Source: Schmidtea polychroa
Taxonomy: Eukaryota
DNA length: 64,000 nt
Reading direction: 5' to 3'
NCBI GenBank assembly: GCA_044892525.1
Contig: CM097886.1
Span: forward strand, 1,488,001-1,552,000
The translations under genes and the position numbers were made by a program. How positions within the stretch are numbered: position 1 is the stretch's first letter; each line of letters starts with the position of its first letter. Below, piece after piece: positions 25,301 to 37,300 of the stretch. The notes under the pieces are model-generated. The model saw nothing but the letters and a program-made list of their open reading frames with translations. It did no database searches and was not told the DNA's origin.

Positions 25301-28300
25301 TTCCTGACATTTACTGTAGTTCCCCTAACGAGTAAACATTCCATTTTCTGATCTAATAGTCACATGTTGCCTGTCTTGCATTTAATCATATCTGATATTG
25401 CCATTTCCTTATTCATCTAATGTCAGTATTTGTATTTTTTCTTTTTCTCATTTTTTAAAAATCTGTTTGGTTTCCACATTATACAATTATCATCTTTAAG
25501 ATCTTTATTTTGTGAATCAGTATAGTTGTCCGATACACTACTCTGAGAATTTTCTCTTCTATTGAAGCGTTAATTTGGTAGTATTCTCTGAATCCATCTT
25601 CTGTTCTTTCGTAACTTGATTTGTCTATAAATGTCACAAATCTCTTGTTCGCTGGTATATCATATCTGTCGTTCCTTGATAACCAGTATCTCCTTCATAT
25701 TGTCCATCTTGCTTTCTGAAATTTTCATTGGTTCAACTATATCTTATTCTCTCCAAATTTATTCGACAAAAAGCCTATATATGACCACCCAAGTTATATC
25801 CTTGCACCTTATCTCTTGACTATTTCTTTATAAGTGTTATAAAGCATCTAAATAATAGCACGTGAATACTTTTTCTACGCGTGTGGACATTCATTTTTAC
25901 ATTTATCTGTCTTCATGTTCAAAACATGTAACTGTTTACAGGTTCTAATAAATGCCCTAACTTGTGACATGTCCAACATTCGATTAAATATGTATTTCTT
26001 CTCGATATTCTATCAGCTTATTACATCTCGTTATAACCAAATTTTTATAATGTTTTAGAAAGTTATAAATATAGATAATTATAGAGTAGAAATAGTAGAA
26101 ATAGAAAATTTATTATTAACATGTTGAATCATGTTTAAAAATTAAATATTATTTTGGTATTAATACAATTTTAGATATTGCTTAAACCTTCAAGTTTACC
26201 AACTGTGAGCAATGTAGAATATGTTGTAGTAATATTTAACATGGGGTTCACATATTTTGAATTATTCATAACGTAAGTATTTCCATGCGATTTTCGTAGA
26301 TTTGATTAGGTAGAAGCAATTTTTGAAGAACGTAAACAGTATTTAAAGTGTGGAAATGCTAAATTTCAAAAAATAAGATAAAACGGTCAAATTATAAGTC
26401 GATAAGAGATAAGAAAAATGTATAAATGGGTCAAAGCAAACATCAAGTATTATAAGGAAACGCTACGAAAAGAATTAATAACGAAAAAATCATTAGAAGC
26501 TGATTAGCAATCATCTTTGGCTTATAAAGAAACGAGCGAGAAATCAAAAACTATTTTCAATCATAGACGGTTTAGTAGAAAATATTGGAACGCGAATCAA
26601 AAAAAGAAGTTTTATCAGAATGTCAATTAATACATTTTGTTACCAAGAAAACTTTGAGATAATAGTTGCAAATGAGAGTTCAAATTAAGCAAAAAATCAA
26701 GAAGTTGCAACAAGAAATATTAATCACAAAGATATGGTGCACAGAATGCAATACTTCCAGAATGATGACTACAATATAATGTTTGCATAGCAGCTTTTTT
26801 ATTTTAGCACTTTTATTTACACTGAGACAACAAAAATGATATGAAAACTTACATATTCCGGTTGAATTATCTCTTCACTCTTCTTTCCGAATGTAACTGT
26901 CACAACTGAGTTTGTGTTGACATTGATTTCTAGGTTGACAATGTTCACTGCGGTGTTTGATTTCGGTGTCAATTTGATTACAAAACTTATTTCATTCTTG
27001 TTTGAGTTCCATTCTTTTTCACCTTTATACGGATCATTTAACTAATATCATAAATTCAATCTCTCAATACTTGTCAGTATCTTTTCCACATCTGTCACAC
27101 TTCCGTTTGTCACGTTTTGTATTTCTACTTTCATCTTTTCGCTCTTTGTCAGAGTTACAACTTCTTTTGCACAAACCTCTGGAGTTGTTATTGTGGGTTG
27201 TGGAGATTTCGTAAATGTAGCTTGAGACGTAGTTGGAGTTGGAAAGCTTGAAGTAGATACTGAAAGAAGTCATTATTTCAAACAGTTTTACATCTAAAAC
27301 TTCACTCACCGCTCTCATAGCATACTTTCACTATCAAATTTTTGACTGTCAGAGTGTATGCAATGCTTGTTTGGATCAACACTTTCATGTATTCATATGG
27401 TTCTCCATTTTTATAGGTTTTGTCGAAATTAAATTCCAACTTTTCTGAGCCCCTTGATTTCTGAAATAAACATTAAAATTGATAAAAAATGAATACATTT
27501 TCATTTTATTATTACATATTGTGATTCAATTATCTCTTCACTCTTCTTTCCGAATGTAACTGTCACAACTGAGTTTGTGTTGACACTGATTTCTAGGCTG
27601 ACAATGTTCACTTCGGTGTTTGATTTCGGTGTCAATTTGATTACAAAACTTATTTCATTCCTGTTTGAGTTCCATTCTTTTTCACCTTTATACGGATCAT
27701 TTAACTAATATCATAAATTCAATCTCTCAATACTTGTCAGTATCTTTTCCACATCTGTCACACTTCCGTTTGTCACGTTTTGAATTTCTACTTTCATCTT
27801 TTCGTTCTTTGTCAAAGTTACAACTTCTTTTGTACAAACCTCTGGAGTTGTTATTTTTGCAGTTGTTGAAGTCGTCACTTGAGTTGGTGTTGTTACTGTA
27901 ATTCAGAGATTATTACTTACACATTTCTATCTCAATCTTTACTCACCGCTCTCATAGCATACTTTCACTATCAAATTCTTCACTATCAAAGGCTTTCCAT
28001 CAACTGTAATGATCGATACTTTCACATATTCAAATTGTTCTCCGTTTTTATCAGTTTTGTTGAAATAAAATTTAACAGTTTCAGTGCCAGTTTTCTTCTA
28101 ATGGAAAATATCAAAATTGTTCCTCACCGCAACTTGCAACTTACATATTCCGGTTGAATTATCTCTTCACTCTTCTTTCCGAATGTAACTGTCACAACTG
28201 AGTTTGTGTTGACATTGATTTCTAGGTTGACAATGTGCACTTCGGTGTTTGATTTCGGTGTCAATTTGATTACAAAACTTATTTCATTCTTGTTTGAGTT

Positions 28301-31300
28301 CCATTCTTTTTCACCTTTATACGAATCATTTAACTAATATCATAAATTCAATCTCTCAATACTTGTCATTATATTTTCCACATCTGTCACACTTCCGTTT
28401 GTCACGTTTTGTATTTCTACTTTCATCTTTTCGTTCTTTGTCAAAGTTACAACTTCTTTTGCACAAACCTCTGGAGTTGTTATTTTTGCAGTTGTTGAAG
28501 TCGTCACTTGAGTTGGTGTTGTTACTGTAATTCAGAGATTATTACTTACACATTTCTATCTCAATCTTTACTCACCGCTCTCATAGCATACTTTCACTAT
28601 CAAATTCTTCACTGTCAAAGGCTTTCCATCAATTGTAATGATCGATACTTTCACATATTCAAATTGTTCTCCATTTTTGTCAGTTTTGTCGAAATAAAAT
28701 TTAACAGTTTCAGTGCCAGTTGTTTTCTAATAAATTGTATAATAACTATCTACTCCGTAATTAGATTTTATAAGATAGTTTACAAAAGTGTATTTATCTG
28801 AATTAGAGCTATCCAGAAAACAACAAGCAGATCACCTATGGATTTTGATTTTTGCGCATGAAAAAATTAAACTTTTTAAATCAAATGGTATTAGATTTTA
28901 TCTATACTCTGAATGTTGGTTTTTTTAATGTATTTTCTTGTCACTGAAGGTTTTTTTTAAAAATTAAATTATGTTGCTGACTGTAAATCTTTTGTTTGTT
29001 ACGCAGCCACAGTACCATCAAAGATAATTTTGCCTCTATGTAGAACGTATATGACGTTGGGACAATTTTATCTATGTATTCATGAACAACAAGAATATGC
29101 ATGTACGCATATGCGCATATACACGGTCATATACATATGTTTAAAGAAAGAACCTCTCAAACCGATAGAAACTTAATGAATTGATACGACCTTTTATGGA
29201 AAATACATTACAATGCTCTAACTGAATCAGGCGCTGGTGTTGCTGGATCATTCGAATTGTGTCGCTGCTATATACCGAATTTCTACATAAGCTTTGCGAT
29301 ATATTTCTATGTTATCTTTAGTAATTTCTTTCTATTTAATATATCCTATAACTGCTTATCAATAAACGACAAAGTCTAACAAAAAAAGCCTGTATAAAAC
29401 TGAGTGAAATCAACATCATTTGATTAAAAAAAACAATAAATTCGATGTTTTGTTTCCATGTAGATTTGGTCAGTGCATAAAAATGAAATAGGAAATGATA
29501 CTACGCTGCATTTCACATTAAAACATGTAATATGTATATTGAAGAATTAAGAATCACCATTATTAGAGTACATAAAAACTGGTGAACCAAATCAGTTTTT
29601 TGTAAAAACAGCAATGCACAAATGAGGATTGGGTTTAGTGAATATAAAAAGGTTTTACGTAACGGTATGATGGTGAAGAAAGGTGGAATTGAAATGGCAA
29701 AAAACAATAGATTAAGTCAATATTTAATGGCAAGTATGAGTCAATGACATTATCTCCTTAAATCCTTATATGGGGTGTAGAACAAACGAAATGCTGTTTT
29801 CAATAGCAAAATGTGAGTAGTTTTCATTGTATTTAGAATAAAAGACTGATCAACTTTACAACATTATGAACTATTCAGGAGGACTTTACAATAATTGAAT
29901 AACTGTTCAGCCTCATATCTCTGTATGGGACTTCTAGAATGAATAACATTGTCAAATTAGTTTAAAACTGTAATTATGAATGTTTCGGTAAATGTTGCTG
30001 TATAGTTACAGATGGAGTCAAAGCTTTAACAGAAACTAGAATAGGCATTTGAGGACAAATTCAATAAATTAATAGTAACTGTCCTTAATTTCACTTATTC
30101 ATTCGTCAAGAATCATTTTTTGACAACTATCTATATCAAGTCAATGCCAGGTAAAATGCTACAAAATATACTAATATTATAAGAAGCGATAATAAATCTC
30201 TGATTCTTAACACTATCCTCGGGCGCCTTTTTAAATAACTTTTTATAATAGTTATAATGATTATATTAAAAGGATATAAAAAGAAAACTGAAAATTCTAG
30301 AAAAAAGTTGCTTTTTATTAATTTTTAGAGTACATAAGGGAAACTTGATTACCGCAGTCAACAGTGAAATGATAAGACAACTTTCATGATGCCTAAATAT
30401 CCTAAAAATGATATACAACGCGATAATAGCGTACCCCGCGAATTGTAAAGAAAAAGTGAAACGCGATATTCACGTTTTCGATATTCGAGGCTAAATGGTT
30501 AATAAGATTTATTAGTTCTTTAGCGCAATTGACATGGCATTTTTGTTTTTGGTATTCTCTGTTTCAGGGTTTGAAAATGTCTGGAACACCCTTTATGATA
30601 TTCGGAAAGAAATGCCTATACTGCCTAAAATCATTTTCAAGTATGACACAAGAACCCTTGGAAGTTTATTGCAAGATCTTCCGATTAAAACAAATATTAT
30701 TAATCATTTGAATGAAGTGGTCTAAAAACTGCGGTACAAATAGTAGAATTTTGCAGTATGAATGACTTTATAAGTAAACGGAAACTTTTTAAACGATTAT
30801 TCGGTAACAATATTTTTACAATTTTTCGCGATTTCAAAGAACATTTTGAAAAAATGAATTATTATGATGTAACATCGTTTTCACCTCATGTAAAATGTCT
30901 TGAAACAAACATAGAACATTATGAGAAGGCAGTTGGCGGTTTCCAAGAAATTGAATATGCCTCATGTCATACTAGGCCTTCGCCATCAGCATTGAAAATT
31001 TAATAATCAGACCGTTTTCATAATGATAATGGAAAAAGGAAAAAAATTCCATAACGTTTACTGTAATAGTGAACGATCTAAAAATGAGAAATTTCCGCTA
31101 AAGGATTTGCTGAATGCTAACACTTCTTTAACCCTCTCCGTGTAAAAAATAATGCTGATATTTATAGTGACCCGTTCTATTCCCACAAAAACGGTTACAA
31201 AATGTGCCTTCAGCTTCATCCCGATGGATTCACAGCTGGAAAAGGGACACATCTTTCTGTTTTCTTTTTCATAATGCGCGGTGAAAACGATGTACTTTTG

Positions 31301-34300
31301 CAATGGCCTATGAAACTGGAAGTGACATCTTGCTTTAATGTTGAATATATTCGACAAATATACAGAGAGGGTTAATGAAATTCATTTTATCAAAGAACAG
31401 ATATGTTCAGTAACAAATAAATCTCTTTCAAATTCATTATGATGCTTAACTTCAATAATCAAATTGATGTGCAAATGATGAAAAATTATCAGCGATCTCG
31501 TAAAAATAAAATAAATAAATATTGTATCCTGTCTATACCTTCAAAAAAACTTGACTTTTTCTTTATGACAAAATTTTAAAATTATTTACTCAAACTAACT
31601 GACGAAGGCCACTACAGCTAAGTAAAAAAATTTCAATAATTGTAATTATCAGAAATTAAAACAAATAATATAAATGATATGAAAACTTACATATTCCGGT
31701 TGAATTATCTCTTCACTCTTCTTTCCGAATGTAACTGTCACAACTGAGTTTGTGTTGACATTGATTTCTAGGCTGACAATGTTCACTGCGGTGTTTGATT
31801 TCGGTGTCAATTTGATTACAAAACTTATTTCATTCCTGTTTGAGTTCCATTCTTTTTCACCTTTATACGGATCATTTAGCTAATATCATAAATTCAATCT
31901 CTCAATACTTGTCAGTATCTTTTCCACATCTGTCACATTTCCGTTTGTCACGTTTTGTATTTCTACTTTCATCTTTTCGCTCTTTGTCAGAGTTACAACT
32001 TCTTTTGCACAAACCTCTGGAGTTGTTATTGTGGGTTGTGGAGATTTCGTAAATGTAGCTTGAGACGTAGTTGGAGTTGGAAAGCTTGAAGTAGATACTG
32101 AAAGAAGTCATTATTTCAAACAGTTTTACATCTAAAACTTCACTCACCGCTCTCATAGCATACTTTCACTATCAAATTTTTGACTGTCAGAGTGTATGCA
32201 ATGCTTGTTTGGATCAACACTTTCATGTATTCATATGGTTCTCCATTTTTATAGGTTTTGTCGAAATTAAATTCAAATTTTTCTGAGCCCCTTGATTTCT
32301 GAAATAAACATTAAAATTGATAAAAAATGATTACATTTTCATTTTATTATTACATATTGTGATTCAATTATCTCTTCACTCTTCTTTCCGAATGTAACTG
32401 TCACAACTGAGTTTGTGTTGACACTGATTTCTAGGCTGACAATGTTCACTTCGGTGTTTGATTTCGGTGTCAATTTGATTACAAAACTTATTTCATTCCT
32501 GTTTGAGTTCCATTCTTTTTCACCTTTATACGGATCATTTAGCTAATATCATAAATTCAATCTCTCAATACTTGTCAGTATCTTTTCCACATCTGTCACA
32601 TTTCCGTTTGTCACGTTTTGTATTTCTACTTTCATCTTTTCGTTCTTTGTCAAAGTTACAACTTCTTTTGTACAAACCTCTGGAGTTGTTATTTTTGCAG
32701 TTGTTGAAGTCGTCACTTGAGTTGGTGTTGTCACTGTAATTCAGAGATTATTACTTACACATTTCTATCTCAATCTTTACTCACCGCTCTCATAACAAAC
32801 TTTCACTATCAAATTCTTCACTGTCAAAGGCTTTCCATCAATTGTAATGATCGATACTTTCACATATTCAAATTGTTCTCCGTTTTTGTCAGTTTTGTTG
32901 AAATAAAATTTAACAGTTTCAGTGCCAGTTGTTTTCTAATGGAAAATATCAAAATTGTTCCTCACCGCAACTTGCAACTTACATATTCCGGTTGAATTAT
33001 CTCTTCACTCTTCTTTCCGAATGTAACTGTCACAACTGAGTTTGTGTTGACATTGATTTCTAGGTTGACAATGTTCACTTCGCTGTTTGATTTCGGTGTC
33101 AATTTGATTACAAAACTTATTTCATTCTTGTTTGAGTTCCATTCTTTTTCACCTTTATACGAATCATTTAACTAATATCATAAATTCAATCTCTCAATAC
33201 TTGTCAATATCTTTTCCACATCTGTCACACTTCCGTTTGTCACGTTTTGTATTTCTACTTTCATCTTTTCGTTCTTTGTCAAAGTTACAACTTCTTTTGC
33301 ACAAACCTCTGGAGTTGTTATTAAGGATGAAGTTGTCGGCTTAGTTACTGGGGGTGTTATGATAGTAGTACCTATTGCATTGTCATACTTGGTATAGTAA
33401 TTAAAATGATTTATTGAATACCTATCTTATAACAGACCCAAAGAATAAAGTTTCGCATTTCTAATTCTTCGTTATTTTGGCTTTCTATTGTAAATTTTAT
33501 GAATGGAAAACTTTCCCCATCTTTGCTTAGTGTTTGGAATAATTTTGCAACGTTTCCTTGTCCAATTACAGTCTAGAATTAATTAAATTAATTTTAACTT
33601 TTAAATTAACTTTTAATTTTATTTAGTTTGAAAATCGCAATACTTGATAAAGTTTATGATAAATTAACAAAATAAATATGGAAATTGCGAGAAATTTCAT
33701 CATGAAACCTTTATAGTTATATAATACAATTCGAAATTTAACTTTGTCCTAAATAAATTTTTATGAAGTTAACATTTCGATTAATACACTAATCCAAAAT
33801 AATTTTCCTGAAAATTTTCATTATTAAGTTTCCCCGGTGTTTATATATTCATAATATTCCTATTCTTGATTTTATTCAATTATTTGTATCACTTACATAT
33901 GGATTCAAATCGACTTTGTTCTCTTCGTTTCCGAAACTAACGAGAAGCTTGAATGGTTTAGTAATATTAATCTGGAAACCAACGATGATGAGTTCAGTTC
34001 CAGTTAGAGGTTGAAGGCTTAGAGTAAAACTTGCATTTGTATTTATAGCTATCCAACTTTTACCATNNNNNNNNNNNNNNNNNNNNNNNNNNNNNNNNNN
34101 NNNNNNNNNNNNNNNNNNNNNNNNNNNNNNNNNNNNNNNNNNNNNNNNNNNNNNNNNNNNNNNNNNNNNNNNNNNNNNNNNNNNNNNNNNNNNNNNNNNN
34201 NNNNNNNNNNNNNNNNNNNNNNNNNNNNNNNNNNNNNNNNNNNNNNNNNNNNNNNNNNNNNNNNNNNNNNATTATTATTACTTCACCGATTTTTGTATAA

Positions 34301-37300
34301 TAAACTGGGGGTCCCGATAATGAACAAGTATTATTATTCGCAGCAAAAGGCTTAAATTATCATTTAATTGTTTTAAAATAATAATAAAAAGTTAATTATA
34401 AAAATTAATAATGAAAACTAAGAAAACGATTAATAATAATAATAAATGGCTGCCTCTGCTGTAAGTCTGGAAATAAATAATCCATACCTTCCTGGCTCAT
34501 TAAATTTATAAAATCAACCGCAATGTAACTCTTACTGGTAAAGATATTTGCAACATCAGTCTCAGTTCCACCTCGAACGTTCACAATTTTCACTGACGAA
34601 CTTTCTGATGTCAATTCTGCTTGCTTCTTTTCACATTTTTCAAAAACTGTTGTTGTGTGAGATACTGTCCAAGTTGTTGATGCTGAATAAATGAAGCCGA
34701 TAATTGACATTTGACCAATTCAATAACTCACAGATCAACTGGCATTCACAACATTTATCCGAGTAAAGCTTCAACACGTAATTCGGTTGACAAGTTCTAT
34801 CACAGTGTTGGTTGATCTCGATAGTAAGGCTATCTTTGCAGATAGCAGACTGGCAGAATTCAAGCTTAATCACTTCACCAATTTCCATTATTCGTCCTTT
34901 GTAAATACAATGCGGTTGAGTTGTCGTTGTCGGTATAGTTTTCGATTGCGTTGATGTACAGTTTGCTTCATCACTGCCATCGCTGCATTCCGGGACTCCG
35001 TTACAGATTCGAGCGCAAAGGCCATTTTCACATGTCTTCAATTTGCTACCGATACAGTCTAGCAAATGAATAGAAATCATGTTGTGGAATTAGATTAAGA
35101 ATAATGTTTACAAGATGACGTTGAGGTTATGCATTTCGGATCGGATAGACACTTGAAATTGTTCTCGTTGCAAACACTGAAATTAGAGCATTAGAAAAAG
35201 CGAGCTGGAAATCATAATTCATTACCAAATGAGACAGTTTTCTCTGATTGTATCTCCTGGCAGGTATTTTTTATCGCTGTTTGGTAACTTACAGAAGCAT
35301 TCGTTTTCTTTAACGCATTTATCTTTTAAATGGAATTTATTATTAAAGAAATAGAAATGATTTAGTTGTTTTACTCGATCCCTCTGCCTCGATATATTCA
35401 GTAGGACATGAGCAACCTTCCACGCAATTCTTTGCACAATTTTCGAGAACCGTGTTATTCAAATTGGACTTGAAGCACTTTTTCGGGCAATCATTGATGC
35501 ATGTCTTAAATGTCTTTTCAGGTGGACACATGACGGCTGGATGAAACAGTCAGCATTTTCGAAAGCAGATATTCACTTACGACAAAGTTCATTTGATCTC
35601 CAAGAGTAATCGATTCCGTATTTCTTACAAGCGGAATAAAATGCAGACAACGCGGTGCACAAACATTCACAGTCTCCCCCTCGATCACAAGAACAAGTGT
35701 CTGACAAACATTTTTGATAATACAATTCTGTATCGACAACTTTCTGACAGTCGGAAAACTTTTTGTCTTTCATCGTTCGACACATTTTATCTGCCCATGC
35801 TTGACGTTCGTGATTAGATTTACACATGTCTGGAACATCCTTAGCAGCCGGACAGTTGACTCTTGACTTCCAACTGTCAACGAAAGCTAAAATATTATTC
35901 TCATAGTTGCCGGCTTTGGACCTGGAAATTTTGAATATAAATTATTTTTTTAATTTGTATATTTCATTTGGGAAATATATCTATTAATAGAAGTAACAAA
36001 ATGATAACATCTACATTTTGTCAATCGTAGATGCATAAGGAATAATACGAGGAATAATGAGCTTTTCTGAATTATACAGCTAACAAGAAATAAGTGGTTA
36101 AAAAAGAGAATAATGTCAAGTCCCATAGAAAACAAAAAAATTTATTAATGGTAATTAAATAATTTTGCTATTTCATAGTTAAAAAATGGAAATCATCATA
36201 CGCAGTATAATATCTACTATATAAAATTACAAATGAAGCTGATAAAGATGGCAAAACATAAAGATAAATTTTACATAATATTTTACTTATCATTTGTCAG
36301 TAAAACATTACGATAACTTTTTCAAAATATTTTAGAATTTTTATTGTAGAATTAAATAAAAGTTCAGTAAAATAAAATATTGTAATGTTATTTTTTGAAA
36401 TTTTAATTGTAAAAAATTACTATATCAATATTAGGAGCTTTCAGTCCTAGTAATTAAATGAAATATCAAATAGGATAATAACACTTGAAAGCATAGACAA
36501 TAATCGAATTGTTTAACAGATGAAGGAAAATGAAAGTGTAAATAAAATTATACCGAAAGTGTAAAGATCAATAAAATTAATAATTTACATTTTTCTGTCA
36601 GTGAAACCATATATCACGATATATAATATTTCGTAGTGAAAGATCATTTTTCTACTATGGATATTATTGCCAACACTATAAAAATTCCTCCTAAAGTGAA
36701 CTATCCATAAAAAATAAGAAAATATTTCCTAAGCTTCAAAAAATACAAAGCAGGAGGAAAAGTAAAATGGAATATATTTCTAAATATCGCTTAGTACCTC
36801 TCGAAAAAGTGCAAATATAATCAAGTATATTAGCGTTATCATTAAAAGTTGTGAAAATTTAAATAAAATATGACGCTCAATATATTTTTCAATGTTCATT
36901 TATTTATCGTATATTTTGCGAAAACAAGTGGAAATCAAGGCAAAATTCAAATTAAAGTATAGCTACATATTAGATTAAATAAAATAACTGAGAAACTTAT
37001 TAAACTTTGCAGATCTTCTCTATAAACCCATTCCCCAATTATTTAATCCCAGGAACGCCACTGGTAATTTCTGCAAATTGTCTGTTGTTTGTTAGATTTT
37101 TTTCTACTTGTTGCATGGGCCGTATATGTTGAAAATTTATTCTCAAAAATAAATGAATTTCCATTATTAATAATTGATGGAAACTGTAAAATCCATTTAA
37201 ATGTACATCTATCAATATGTGAAAAGATTTATTGAATGTTTCTAATAAAAATAATATTTGAATATGCATAATTATGGAAATTAGGTTTATATGTTTAAAA

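Noticed and set aside
25100-26650. Possible decayed LTR-retrotransposon protease/gag and non-LTR fragments in the 2.66-kb intron
   Set aside because: Resemblance was limited to a few residues across many stops and cannot be assigned without a profile search.
30534-31003. Signal-peptide ORF spliced to the MATH domain, giving a secreted TRAF
   Set aside because: No GT-AG combination I tried joined these ORFs to the MATH frame without an extra frameshift. Kept only as a possibility in the TRAF finding.
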